A DNA stretch of 64,000 bases from Synergistaceae bacterium UBA5827 (lineage in GTDB: Bacteria; Synergistota; Synergistia; Synergistales; 79-D21), in NCBI GenBank assembly GCA_002432945.1, contig DJHE01000019.1:35301-99300 (forward strand), given 5' to 3'. The stretch's first letter is position 1, and each line of letters starts with the position of its first letter. The notes under the pieces are model-generated. The model ran no database searches and was not told where the DNA came from. It saw only the letters and a program-made list of their open reading frames with translations. This document shows positions 1 to 8,793 of the stretch, in pieces. The translations under genes and the position numbers were made by a program.

Positions 1-489
1 GAAACGGGACCGCTGAGGGATCTTGAGTTGATTGTCCAAGCCCTGGGCGAACTGGGACTTGGAGAAAACCTAAGGCTCGATCTCGCCCTTGCAAGGGAAT
101 TGGAATACTATAGCGGCCCCGTTTTCGAAATCTTTTCCGGGAATGCGGGAGTGAGTCTCGGGGGCGGAGGTCGTTACGACGGTTTACTGGAACAGTACGG
201 CATAGTCGGGCAGGCCCTCGGTTTCGGGCTGGACTTGAGAGCAGTAGCTTCCCTTTCTCGTGAGGAAGGGGCGATCCCTGCCGTTGCCTGGTGCGGTGGA
301 CTTTCGCCAAGGGTCGCCCTGGAACGGGCTGACGACTTTATCGCTTCCGGATACCGCGTCGAGTTGAGCTGGCAGGAACGCAGGGAAGGCGCGATCCGGC
401 TCGCCCAGACGAGGGGCTATGGCTGGTGGATTGATCTTCCAGCCTGCACGGCCTATGAACTCGACCCGGGAAGGAAGGAGGGTCCCTGA
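1..489 (+). CDS. hisZ: ATP phosphoribosyltransferase regulatory subunit HisZ, C-terminal part (5' end outside window)
   Basis: Frame 1 is open from base 1. It has a HisRS-like motif 3 (SLGGGGRYDGLLEQYG). Its stop overlaps the ATG of a short-form hisG (TGATG at 487-491). Confidence 0.85.
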   Translation, partial: ETGPLRDLELIVQALGELGLGENLRLDLALARELEYYSGPVFEIFSGNAGVSLGGGGRYDGLLEQYGIVGQALGFGLDLRAVASLSREEGAIPAVAWCGGLSPRVALERADDFIASGYRVELSWQERREGAIRLAQTRGYGWWIDLPACTAYELDPGRKEGP

Positions 490-1148
490 TGTTCACCTTG
501 TGCCTGCCCACCGGGCGAGTCCTGGAAGATGCGATCGAAGTCCTCCAGGAACTCGACATCCCCACGGGTCGCCTGAAGGAAAGAGGGCGCTCCCTGGTCA
601 TCCAGGAGGAGGGGTTCCGTTTCCTGCTGGCCAAGCCAATGGATGTCCCAGTCTATGTTCATTACGGAATCGCCGACCTGGCCCTTGCGGGCTCGGATGT
701 TATCTGGGAAACGGGAGCCTCCCTGGTCGAACTCCGTGACACCGGCAGGGGCGCGTGTCGAATCGTTCTTGCCGGCCCGAAAAAGGTGGCAAGCCTTTTC
801 CTCGGTCATGAAAGCCGGGTGATGGGCCTCAGGGTCGCGACAAAATACCCTCGGATCGCGGAAGAATATTTTGCGGAAAGAGGAATCCAGGTGGAATTCG
901 TCCACCTGAACGGTTCTATCGAGATGGCCCCACGACTTGGGCTGAGCGACTGCATCGTGGATATCGTGCAGACGGGTTCGACTCTCAGGGCAAACGCCCT
1001 GTCCGTTATCGCCGAGATCGCACCGGTCAGCCTGAAGTTCGTCTCGAGTCGCAAGAGTCTCCAGTTGGCATGGAATGCCATCGAGGAAATCATTGGGAAG
1101 TTTGCATCTTCAAAGAAAGCAGGCGATGGAAATGACAAAGCGTTATGA
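489..1148 (+). CDS. hisG: ATP phosphoribosyltransferase, short form
   Basis: 219 aa, MFTLCLPTGRVLEDA... and DIVQTGSTLRANAL are typical of HisG. The short form matches the presence of hisZ upstream. Confidence 0.92.
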   Translation: MFTLCLPTGRVLEDAIEVLQELDIPTGRLKERGRSLVIQEEGFRFLLAKPMDVPVYVHYGIADLALAGSDVIWETGASLVELRDTGRGACRIVLAGPKKVASLFLGHESRVMGLRVATKYPRIAEEYFAERGIQVEFVHLNGSIEMAPRLGLSDCIVDIVQTGSTLRANALSVIAEIAPVSLKFVSSRKSLQLAWNAIEEIIGKFASSKKAGDGNDKAL

Positions 1149-1701
1149 AAGGCATTCCCTGGAAACGCACATCGCTTTCGAATTCCTGCCCCCCGGGGAA
1201 AAAACCCGCCTGGAATGCCCCTGCGGCTTTCTCAGCCACATGATCGAACTTTTCCTCCACCATGCGGACATCCCCGGGTACCTGAGTGCTTCGGGTGACA
1301 CGGAAGTTGATGCGCATCACCTCGTGGAAGACGTGGGAATACTGATTGGAGCAGCATTTCTCGATCTTTTCCGGAAGGGCCCCTGCGAACGGTACGGTTC
1401 GATTGCCCTTCCAATGGACGGCACGCTCGTCCTCGTCGCCCTCGACATCAGCGGACGCGGCGGACTCACATGGAATGCAGCCTTTCCCACCTCTCGATGC
1501 GGAGATTTCGACACGGAACTGGTCCGGGAATTCTGGACGGCGTTCTCCAGGGAAGCACGGCTAACACTCCATCTGCATGCCCTGGCCGTGGACAATTCCC
1601 ATCATCTCGCGGAGGCCATTTTCAAGGGAGTCGGCAGGGCGCTGAAGACGGCCCTTGCCCCCTCGACCACGGAATCCAGCACGAAGGGAATCTGGGTATG
1701 A
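1126..1701 (+). CDS. hisB: imidazoleglycerol-phosphate dehydratase (monofunctional)
   Basis: IGPD histidine motifs are present (DAHHLVEDVGI, NSHHLAEAIFKGVGRAL). I chose the start at ATG 1126 because the ORF-track start at 1075 would overlap hisG by 74 nt. There is no HAD phosphatase domain. Confidence 0.9.
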   Translation: MEMTKRYERHSLETHIAFEFLPPGEKTRLECPCGFLSHMIELFLHHADIPGYLSASGDTEVDAHHLVEDVGILIGAAFLDLFRKGPCERYGSIALPMDGTLVLVALDISGRGGLTWNAAFPTSRCGDFDTELVREFWTAFSREARLTLHLHALAVDNSHHLAEAIFKGVGRALKTALAPSTTESSTKGIWV

Positions 1702-2318
1702 TCGGCGTTATCGACTACGGGGCCGGGAACCTGGGGAACGCCTTGCGGGCCCTGAACCACCTGGGGTACGCGGCGAAACTCATGGCAAGCCCCGAAGACC
1801 TGGATGGGAATTTCTCCCTTCTCGTCCTTCCCGGCGTGGGAGCCTTTCCTCCAGCAAAGGAGGAACTAGCCCGAAGGGGTTGGCCGGAAGCCCTTCATGG
1901 CTGGACCGACTCCGGAAAGCCGCTTCTTGGGATCTGCCTGGGGATGCAGCTCCTTTATGATGCAAGCCTGGAGGACGGCCGCACAGAGGGCCTGGGATTC
2001 TTTCACGGCGAAGTCGCTCCGCTAGCGGGACTGAAAAAATCCCCCCACATGGGTTGGAACCGTGTCCACTGGGTACGGGATCTCCAAGGCGTTACAGAGC
2101 TCTTTCCCGGAGGGCTTGACGCCTATTTTGTCCATGGTTACGCCGCACCTGTCACCGACATCTCTCTAGCTGAGACAAGGGTGGACGGCTTTTGCTTCAG
2201 CTCTGTGTCCATGAAGGGGAACATCGCTGGTTTCCAGTTCCATCCCGAACGAAGCGGACCCGATGGATTACGTCTCCTTGGGACCTTCATCGACCGCCTG
2301 GCGGAGGGACGCCCATGA
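1698..2318 (+). CDS. hisH: imidazole glycerol phosphate synthase, glutaminase subunit
   Basis: MIGVIDYGAGNL, catalytic GICLGMQ and FQFHPERS are present. ATGA overlap with the hisB stop at 1698-1701. The ORF-track N-terminus (1470) is a frame extension inside hisB. Confidence 0.93.
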   Translation: MIGVIDYGAGNLGNALRALNHLGYAAKLMASPEDLDGNFSLLVLPGVGAFPPAKEELARRGWPEALHGWTDSGKPLLGICLGMQLLYDASLEDGRTEGLGFFHGEVAPLAGLKKSPHMGWNRVHWVRDLQGVTELFPGGLDAYFVHGYAAPVTDISLAETRVDGFCFSSVSMKGNIAGFQFHPERSGPDGLRLLGTFIDRLAEGRP

Positions 2319-3034
2319 AAGTCTGGCCTGCGATCGACCTGTTCGAAGGCAAAGTCGTCCGGCTCACGAGGGGAGAATTCTCTGCCAGAACCGAATATGC
2401 CGAGAATCCCCTAGCCGTCGCACGGTCTTTCATTTCTGCCGGGTGCCGGCGCCTCCATGTCGTCGACCTGGAAGGGGCAAAGGTTGGCGAACCTTGCCAT
2501 GCCGAATTATTGCCGGGTCTATCAGCCCTCGGCCTTACTATTCGCTACGGTGGAGGTTTGCGCTCTGCCGAGGCTATCGAAAGGGTTCTCTTATCGGGAG
2601 CTTCTTTTACGATGGTCGGGAGCCTGCTTTTCTCCTCCCCTGAAGCCCAGGAGGAACTTTACGAAAGGTTCGGCGAGCGAATCATCCCGGCTGTAGACGT
2701 GAAAGGCGGGCGCGTTTCCATCCGCGGATGGACGGAAGAACTCGAATTTTCCCCCAAGGAAATCCTTAATGGGCTTCTTTCGGCGGGATTCCGGCAAACC
2801 CTTGTCACTGCTGTCGATCGCGATGGAACAGGAATGGGACCCGACATGGGCCTTTACCGGGAACTTCGGGAAGCCCTCCCGGAAATGGCTTTCACGGCGG
2901 CCGGGGGCATCGCCAGCCTGGAAGACCTGAAGGCACTGGAAAAATTGGGTATTTCTGACGCTGTGGTGGGAAAGGCTCTCTACGAAGGGACACTGACCCT
3001 CGAACGGGCCCTGGAGGTTGAAAGGCCATGCTGA
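2315..3034 (+). CDS. hisA: ProFAR isomerase
   Basis: [17 protein letters not shown]... is a typical HisA N-terminus. ATGA overlap with the hisH stop at 2315-2318. Confidence 0.92.
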   Translation: MKVWPAIDLFEGKVVRLTRGEFSARTEYAENPLAVARSFISAGCRRLHVVDLEGAKVGEPCHAELLPGLSALGLTIRYGGGLRSAEAIERVLLSGASFTMVGSLLFSSPEAQEELYERFGERIIPAVDVKGGRVSIRGWTEELEFSPKEILNGLLSAGFRQTLVTAVDRDGTGMGPDMGLYRELREALPEMAFTAAGGIASLEDLKALEKLGISDAVVGKALYEGTLTLERALEVERPC

Positions 3035-3804
3035 TGAAACGGATTATCCCATGCCTCGACATCAAGGAAGGACGAGTCGTCAAGGGAATCCAGTTTTTGA
3101 ATCTCCGTGACGCGGGAGACCCGGCGGAACTCGCAAGGACCTATATGAACGAGGGGGCTGACGAACTCGTTTTCCTGGATATTTCGGCTTCTGCCGAAAG
3201 GCGGAGGACCATGCCAGACTGGATAAGGTCGGTAGCCGACCAACTCTTCATCCCTTTCACCGTGGGAGGCGGCATCTCTGAACCCGAACAGGCCAGGGAA
3301 ATCGTGGCACTTGGGGCCGACAAGGTGTCCCTCAACACCGCTGCCGTGCGCAATCCCCGCCTGATAATGGAGTGTGCACGGACCTTGGGGCGCCAGGCTG
3401 TCGTATTGGCCATAGACGCCAGGCAAACGGCCGAAGGCCATTGGGAGGTCCTCGTGGAAGGCGGCCGGACCCCGACGGGCCTTGACGCCGTCGAGTGGGC
3501 CAGGGAAGGGTTCCGGCTCGGCTGCGGTGAGATTCTCCTTACCAGCATGGACAGGGACGGGACTAACGAGGGATACGACCTCGACCTGGTCAGGAAAGTC
3601 TCAGAAGCCGTCTCCGTTCCCCTAATCGCCTCGGGAGGAGCGGGATCCGCGGAACATATGCGGCTCGCCTTCGAAGCGGGTGCCGACGCGGCCCTTGCCG
3701 CTTCCATCTTTCATTACGGAGTCCTGGGAATCGGGCAAGTCAAGTCCGAACTTGCAAAAGCCGGGGTTTCGGTACGCTTAGGTGTCGGGAGGGAAAAACA
3801 ATGA
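3028..3804 (+). CDS. hisF: imidazole glycerol phosphate synthase, cyclase subunit
   Basis: [26 protein letters not shown] and ASGGAG are HisF hallmarks. Overlaps hisA by 7 nt. Confidence 0.95.
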   Translation: MLMKRIIPCLDIKEGRVVKGIQFLNLRDAGDPAELARTYMNEGADELVFLDISASAERRRTMPDWIRSVADQLFIPFTVGGGISEPEQAREIVALGADKVSLNTAAVRNPRLIMECARTLGRQAVVLAIDARQTAEGHWEVLVEGGRTPTGLDAVEWAREGFRLGCGEILLTSMDRDGTNEGYDLDLVRKVSEAVSVPLIASGGAGSAEHMRLAFEAGADAALAASIFHYGVLGIGQVKSELAKAGVSVRLGVGREKQ

Positions 3805-4430
3805 TTATCGCCTATGACGAGATCCGGTTTGATTCGAGCGGACTGGTCCCTGTCGTGACACAGGATGCAGAATCCGGTGAAGTCCTGATGGTTGCATGGT
3901 CGAACAGGGAGGCGCTGGAGGAAACGCTGCGAACCGGAGAATTGACGTTTTTCAGCCGTTCGCGCAACCGTCTCTGGAAAAAGGGAGAGACGAGCGGCAA
4001 CTCTATGCGCCTCGTCGAGATGAAAATCGACTGCGACGGGGATACCCTTCTAGCCCTTGTCGAACCCGCGGGACCGGCCTGCCACACGGGGGAAAGGACC
4101 TGCTTCTTCCGCTCCCTCTGGGGCGAGGGGGGGACGGATTGCACGTTCTGGGGGCAACTCTGGCGAGTGCTGCAGGAAAGGCGTCACGCCCCGGTTGAAA
4201 AGAGCTATACTGCTCGTCTGCTTGGAGAAGGACCTTCCAGGATCGCCCAGAAAGTTGGCGAAGAAGGGGTCGAAACAGCCCTTGCGGTCGCCCTGGGAGA
4301 TCGGGAAGGAACCCGTTATGAGGCAGCAGACCTGCTGTACCACCTGCTTGTCGCCCTGGTCTCACTGGACTTGAAACCGGTCGACGTTCTCAGGGAGCTC
4401 CGCGTGCGACACCGAAAGTCCCCCAAGTGA
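3801..4430 (+). CDS. hisI: bifunctional phosphoribosyl-AMP cyclohydrolase / phosphoribosyl-ATP pyrophosphatase
   Basis: N-terminal HisI part (VPVVTQD..., [10 protein letters not shown]) is fused to a HisE part (EEGVETALA..., [11 protein letters not shown]). ATGA overlap with the hisF stop. Confidence 0.92.
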   Translation: MIIAYDEIRFDSSGLVPVVTQDAESGEVLMVAWSNREALEETLRTGELTFFSRSRNRLWKKGETSGNSMRLVEMKIDCDGDTLLALVEPAGPACHTGERTCFFRSLWGEGGTDCTFWGQLWRVLQERRHAPVEKSYTARLLGEGPSRIAQKVGEEGVETALAVALGDREGTRYEAADLLYHLLVALVSLDLKPVDVLRELRVRHRKSPK

Positions 4431-5036
4431 ATACGCCTCGAGTTTCCAAAGGCCGATGAAGCTCCAGGAATCGCGCACCTCGTCGACAAGCCGGAACCCG
4501 CGTTTCTCCAGCCGGGTGCAAAAGTGTTGGAAACCGGTTGGGAAAACCCGGGTAAAAAGGAGGGTTTCCAACCTACCGGCGATCCGTCCCAAAACACGGT
4601 CCAGGTCCACTTCGTTTACCAGAAGCCGCCCTTCTGGCTTCAGCAGCCGGAAGACCTCGTCAAGCAAGAGGTCCTGCTCCCTGATGTGGTGAAAAACGTC
4701 TGAAAGGACAACCGCGTCAAAAAATCGATCCGGATAGGGTGCCACCGTCCCGCTTCCCACCCGCGTTTTTATTTTTCCATGGCGGACCTGTTCGACCATT
4801 TGGGAGCTCTCATCCAGCAGATGGATTTCACCGCATCGGCCGAGCAGGCGGCGGGCAAAAAGTCCCGTTCCCCCGCCCAGATCAAGGACGACATCATCCG
4901 GGGTACAGGAGAGGAGATCGACCATCCGGTCCAGGCGACCGGACATGAATCGACCGATCCACCTGTCATAGTAGGGTGCAACCCTATCAAACGGCTTCAC
5001 CATCCGAAACCCTCCCCGGTTTTCCTTCAAAGTCAT
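4362..5036 (-). CDS. class I SAM-dependent methyltransferase
   Basis: Motif I VLDLGGGTG, plus LLKPEGRLLV and a Methyltransf_11-like layout. An alternative start MVKPF lies at 5003. The last 23 codons overlap the 3' end of hisIE on the opposite strand. Confidence 0.75.
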   Translation of the reverse strand: MTLKENRGGFRMVKPFDRVAPYYDRWIGRFMSGRLDRMVDLLSCTPDDVVLDLGGGTGLFARRLLGRCGEIHLLDESSQMVEQVRHGKIKTRVGSGTVAPYPDRFFDAVVLSDVFHHIREQDLLLDEVFRLLKPEGRLLVNEVDLDRVLGRIAGRLETLLFTRVFPTGFQHFCTRLEKRGFRLVDEVRDSWSFIGLWKLEAYSLGGLSVSHAELPENVDRFQVQ

Positions 5037-5078
5037 GCCTCACAGGCAAAGAACTTCCCTGCCTGCTATGATATCGCC

Positions 5079-6134
5079 ATGAATTGCCCCGGAAATTCGG
5101 CCCACCTAGGGAAAAATGACGTCGAAGGCTTTCTTGACAGCTTCCGGAGCATCGGAAGGACTGTCATTCCCACCGACTGCGGAAGGTCCGCCCTTGTCCT
5201 GGCCTTGCGCACCCTTGCCACCCGGGAATTTTCCGGGATAGCATGGCTCCCGGCCTACGCCTGCCCTTCGCTTCCGCTTGTCTTTCGGAAAGAAGGAATC
5301 CTGGTTCGGCGGTATGCTACCGCCTCCGGTTTTCGGCCCGTTTTCCCTTCCACTGGTCCCGAGAGAAGGGATGTCGTGCTTCTCATCCACTACTTTGGCT
5401 TCCCCAACCGGGGAGCCCTGGGCTGGATCCGTTCAAGATACCCGGGAAACCGCCCTTTCGTGATCGAGGACTGCGCAGGATCCTCCCTTTCGGGAAATAT
5501 TGGAATTTACGGTGATTTCGCCCTCTTCAGCTTCAGGAAATTTTTCGAGGTCCCTGACGGCGGAGCCATAATATCGCGTTTTTCGCTCGAACCGTCCTTG
5601 AATCCTGCAGACCCGGGCCTCGCCAGGAAAAGGAACCAAGCCTTCTGCTCCTTCCGCAATGGAGATTCCGCTCTCGGATGGCATCTTCTAGAAAGAGCCG
5701 AGGCCCATCTTGACGGGGCCCTTTCGCTCTTGCCTCGAGCCCCTGCCCGCGAATCCTGGGAGGCCTTGAAACAGGCCTCTTTCCGCGAGGAGGCCAACCG
5801 GCGAAGGACCTTTGCGAAAAAGCTGACGAAGCAGATTTCCGAGGATCACGGCATCTCCGCTTCGCTGTCCCCCTTGTTCCCGTCCGTCTGCGACGAGGCG
5901 GCCCCGCTATTCCTGCCCGTTGAAGTCCTCGGCGACCGGGATAAGCTTGCAAGCCTCCTGAACCAGGCAGGCTTTGGCTGTCCCTCCCTCTGGAGCCTGA
6001 ACCCCGCTCTCCGGTACTCCTTCCCCTCGGAATTCAGGCTAGGGCAACGCACTGTCGGTTTGCCGATACCCCGGACCGGGAGTGACCGAGATTTATCGGT
6101 AATAATGGATTGTCTTAAAAATTTTGCTTCTTGA
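5079..6134 (+). CDS. DegT/DnrJ/EryC1-like PLP-dependent enzyme (distant), function unknown
   Basis: EDCAGS...GDFALFSFRKFFEVPDGG resembles the DegT-family PLP-lysine segment (FSFxxxKxxxxxEGG) with the K-to-DGG spacing kept. Start taken at ATG 5079. The ORF-track start at 4779 is antisense to the methyltransferase. Confidence 0.55.
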   Translation: MNCPGNSAHLGKNDVEGFLDSFRSIGRTVIPTDCGRSALVLALRTLATREFSGIAWLPAYACPSLPLVFRKEGILVRRYATASGFRPVFPSTGPERRDVVLLIHYFGFPNRGALGWIRSRYPGNRPFVIEDCAGSSLSGNIGIYGDFALFSFRKFFEVPDGGAIISRFSLEPSLNPADPGLARKRNQAFCSFRNGDSALGWHLLERAEAHLDGALSLLPRAPARESWEALKQASFREEANRRRTFAKKLTKQISEDHGISASLSPLFPSVCDEAAPLFLPVEVLGDRDKLASLLNQAGFGCPSLWSLNPALRYSFPSEFRLGQRTVGLPIPRTGSDRDLSVIMDCLKNFAS

Positions 6135-6150
6135 TCGAGGATATTCCTGC

Positions 6151-6179
6151 TTGACCCTTCCTTTCAGATTATCTATAAT
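6151..6179 (+). promoter_or_regulatory. sigma70-type promoter of rubrerythrin gene
   Basis: TTGACC (6151-6156), a 17-nt spacer, then TATAAT (6174-6179). It lies 33 nt upstream of the rbr ATG and ahead of the AAAGGAGG RBS. Confidence 0.7.
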
Positions 6180-6180
6180 C
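6167..6180. promoter_or_regulatory. perfect palindrome GATTAT-CT-ATAATC overlapping the -10 element (candidate repressor operator)
   Basis: The inverted repeat was read directly from the sequence. It covers TATAAT of the rbr promoter. Confidence 0.45.
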
Positions 6181-6211
6181 ATTTTAAATTAAAAAGGAGG
6201 CGATTCGGAAG

Positions 6212-6706
6212 ATGAAGCAAACCCATGACAACCTCAAGGAAGCGTTCGCTGGAGAATCGATGGCTAACAGGAAGTACCTCGCCTTTGCCCGCCAGGCTGA
6301 CGCCGAAGGGTTTCACCAGGCAGCTAAACTATTCAGGGCTGCGGCCGAGGCCGAAACCATCCATGCAACCGACCATCTCAAAGCTCTCGGGATGATCAAG
6401 TCCACCGAGGAAAATCTCAAGGCAGCCATCGAGGGCGAAACCTACGAGTTCACGAAGATGTACCCGGACTTCATCGCCACGGCAAAAGAAGAAAATGCAG
6501 AAAACATCGCGAAAAAGCTGAACCTGGTGGGAAAGGCTGAAGCGGTTCACGCAGGTTTGTACGAAAAAGCCCTGGAGAACCTTGGCAAGGAGAAAGCCAC
6601 GGACCTATTCCTCTGTACCGTCTGCGGGCATATCGCCGAAGGTGAAGCCCCGGATAGCTGCCCCATTTGCGGAGCCAGGAAGCAGGCATACAGGAAAATC
6701 GATTAG
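6212..6706 (+). CDS. rbr: rubrerythrin
   Basis: N-terminal ferritin-like diiron domain (EAFAGESMANRKY, EAETIHA) plus a C-terminal rubredoxin-like CxxC...CxxC (CTVCGH...CPICG). Strong RBS AAAGGAGG. Confidence 0.92.
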   Translation: MKQTHDNLKEAFAGESMANRKYLAFARQADAEGFHQAAKLFRAAAEAETIHATDHLKALGMIKSTEENLKAAIEGETYEFTKMYPDFIATAKEENAENIAKKLNLVGKAEAVHAGLYEKALENLGKEKATDLFLCTVCGHIAEGEAPDSCPICGARKQAYRKID

Positions 6707-6730
6707 AGGCTATCGGCCAGGCTGCCTAAA

Positions 6731-6781
6731 AAAATGCGAGCCCCCGCCAGGTTTGCCGAGGGGGTTCGCATTTTCGTTTTT
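6731..6781. terminator. bidirectional rho-independent terminator between rbr and glsA
   Basis: 13-bp stem AATGCGAGCCCCC / GGGGGTTCGCATT (one G:U pair). An A-run lies on the left and TTTTCGTTTTT on the right, so it can serve both convergent genes. Confidence 0.75.
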
Positions 6782-6789
6782 CCTTTTCC

Positions 6790-7725
6790 CTAGAGGACCC
6801 TCAGCCCATACCGGTCGGACAGCCGCTCTAGCAGGGCGATACCCGCAATCGAGTTTCCCTGCCGGTCCAGGGCAGGGCCACAAACCCCAATCCCCATAAC
6901 CCCGGGAACCGCAGCCACTATACCGCCCCCCACGCCGCTTTTCGCCGGCAGGCCGACGCGCACCGCAAAGGCTCCCGAACCATCGTAAAGCCCGCAGGTT
7001 GCCATCAAGGCCCTGACGGTGCGACAGATTGACGGGGGCAGCACTTCCTCACCCGTCCTGGGGTTTCGCCCATCCATCGAAAGGGTTCCCGCGAGGACCG
7101 CGAGGTCTGAAACCGTAACCTCCAGGCTGCATTGCCTGAAATAAACATCCAGGATCGTTTCCACATCAGCGGTGATCGTCCCGACGCTCTTCAGGAAATA
7201 GGCCAGGGAACGGTTGCGGTCTCCCGTCCTCTTTTCCGAAAGGTAGACGGCCTCGTTTTCTCTCATCCGCGGGTTGCCGGCCAGTCTACGGGCCATGTCC
7301 CTAACCGCGCAGAAAGCCTTTTCGGGATCTTCGTAGGGAAGCATGGAATCGATGACGATCGCCCCGGCATTGATAAGAGGGTTCTGCGGTACGTGGGGAC
7401 GGATCATTTCCAAGCGCATGACCGAGTTGAAAGGGTCCGCCGTCGGGTCCATTCCCACCTTGCTGAAGACCGCTTCCTCCCCGAGTTCCATCAAGGCCAA
7501 AGAAAGCGACACCACTTTCGAGATGGATTGCATCGTGAAACGGACGTCCCTGTCCCCTGCGGAAAAAAGCGTACCGGCTGCATCCACTGCGGCAACGGCA
7601 AGGACCTCCGGATCTCCTCGGGCCAATTCCGGGATATAGGTCGCCACTTTTCCCCCGGCTGCCAGGGGCCTTGTTTCCTCGATAAGCCACTCCAGGTCCG
7701 CCTCTCCGAAACAGTTCCAATTCAT
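6790..7725 (-). CDS. glsA: glutaminase A
   Basis: 311 aa with GGKVATYIPELA and the FTMQSISKV serine-lysine catalytic motif typical of glutaminase. Confidence 0.9.
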   Translation of the reverse strand: MNWNCFGEADLEWLIEETRPLAAGGKVATYIPELARGDPEVLAVAAVDAAGTLFSAGDRDVRFTMQSISKVVSLSLALMELGEEAVFSKVGMDPTADPFNSVMRLEMIRPHVPQNPLINAGAIVIDSMLPYEDPEKAFCAVRDMARRLAGNPRMRENEAVYLSEKRTGDRNRSLAYFLKSVGTITADVETILDVYFRQCSLEVTVSDLAVLAGTLSMDGRNPRTGEEVLPPSICRTVRALMATCGLYDGSGAFAVRVGLPAKSGVGGGIVAAVPGVMGIGVCGPALDRQGNSIAGIALLERLSDRYGLRVL

Positions 7726-8153
7726 CCGGCACTTCCCCCCCTCCCGGAGATGACGACACGCTTGGCACCTTTCGCTTCGAACCAGTCCTTCAGCCTCTCG
7801 GCCAGGTCACCCTGGAGCAGGATGGTTCCCGCCTCCACCCAGGCGCCACTCCCCATTTCCCTGCGAAGCTCGCGGGCCAGGTTGTTGAGCTCTTCGTTCC
7901 TGAAAGGCAGCCCTTCCACGCGAGTCGCTCGTTTGCCTCCGTGTCCCTTTTTCTCGAACTGCAACACGATGCGGCTGGCAAGTGAAAGGTCCGGCCGAGG
8001 CAGGAGGGGGCCTTCCGAAACACTGTCCTCCGCAGTCTCGGGTTCTTCCCTTCCAGCCGGCACAAGCCCCCGTGCCCTCATAAGCTGACCCAGCAAGGGC
8101 TGCATGAACTTGCCTTCCTGAAGATCGATTCGGGTTTTCTGTTTTTTGCCCAT
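7722..8153 (-). CDS. yciH: SUI1/YciH-family translation initiation factor
   Basis: C-terminal SUI1 domain (KKGHGGKRATRVEGLP...LLQGDLAERLKDWFEAKG). ATGA overlap with the glsA start. Confidence 0.8.
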   Translation of the reverse strand: MGKKQKTRIDLQEGKFMQPLLGQLMRARGLVPAGREEPETAEDSVSEGPLLPRPDLSLASRIVLQFEKKGHGGKRATRVEGLPFRNEELNNLARELRREMGSGAWVEAGTILLQGDLAERLKDWFEAKGAKRVVISGRGGSAG

Positions 8154-8207
8154 GGCGATATCTTAACATTGGACACCCTAGCCACTTTCGGCCTTTTCGC
8201 CAGTGCA

Positions 8208-8216
8208 TGGTAAAAT
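8208..8216 (+). promoter_or_regulatory. possible extended -10 promoter (TGGTAAAAT) for the pilin-like gene
   Basis: A TGnTAAAAT element sits about 50 nt upstream of ATG 8265. No convincing -35 element. Confidence 0.35.
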
Positions 8217-8264
8217 TCATTAAAAATACAAGCTCGATCTGGAAAGGGAAAGCGGGGGAGGAAA

Positions 8265-8789
8265 ATGAAAAGGCTCGGCAGAAAAAGGTGGGCTTTCACT
8301 CTCGTGGAGATCCTGATCGTGCTGCTCCTCATCGGCATCCTGGCCGGGGCCCTGATGCTCGTTTCGTTCTCGGTCACAGCAAAAGCAGAGGCAACCCGAA
8401 TTGTCGAAGACATGAGGGCAATGAAAAGCGCCGCAATGCTTTACTACGCCGATTTCGGGCTTTGGCCTGTCTGGATGAAAAGCGGAACTACAATAAGGGA
8501 CGCCAATAACAGGGCGACCCCCGACAAATACTTGGAAAGTATCCCCTTGAGAGGTGACCACTGGGTCGGGGTAGCTGGGGTTTCTGGAGATCTCGGAGAA
8601 GCTACGGTCATCTTCGTTTCGACATCCGTGAGCTCAACGACCCTCGAAAGGCTGGGAGTAATGGGCTCTGGTTTTCCCCTTTACGGGATTACCGTAGCCG
8701 GGAGAATCACGGCTATACCAGACAACCCGGATGTCTTTGATGCTTCCACTCACAACGCCGCACTCTGGTACATAAGGAAAAACCAGTAA
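8265..8789 (+). CDS. prepilin-type N-terminal cleavage/methylation domain protein (type IV pilin / pseudopilin-like)
   Basis: Class III signal-peptide architecture: MKRLGRKRWA-FTLVEILIVLLLIGILAG. RBS GGGGGAGG. Confidence 0.8.
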   Translation: MKRLGRKRWAFTLVEILIVLLLIGILAGALMLVSFSVTAKAEATRIVEDMRAMKSAAMLYYADFGLWPVWMKSGTTIRDANNRATPDKYLESIPLRGDHWVGVAGVSGDLGEATVIFVSTSVSSTTLERLGVMGSGFPLYGITVAGRITAIPDNPDVFDASTHNAALWYIRKNQ

Positions 8790-8793
8790 TCTT

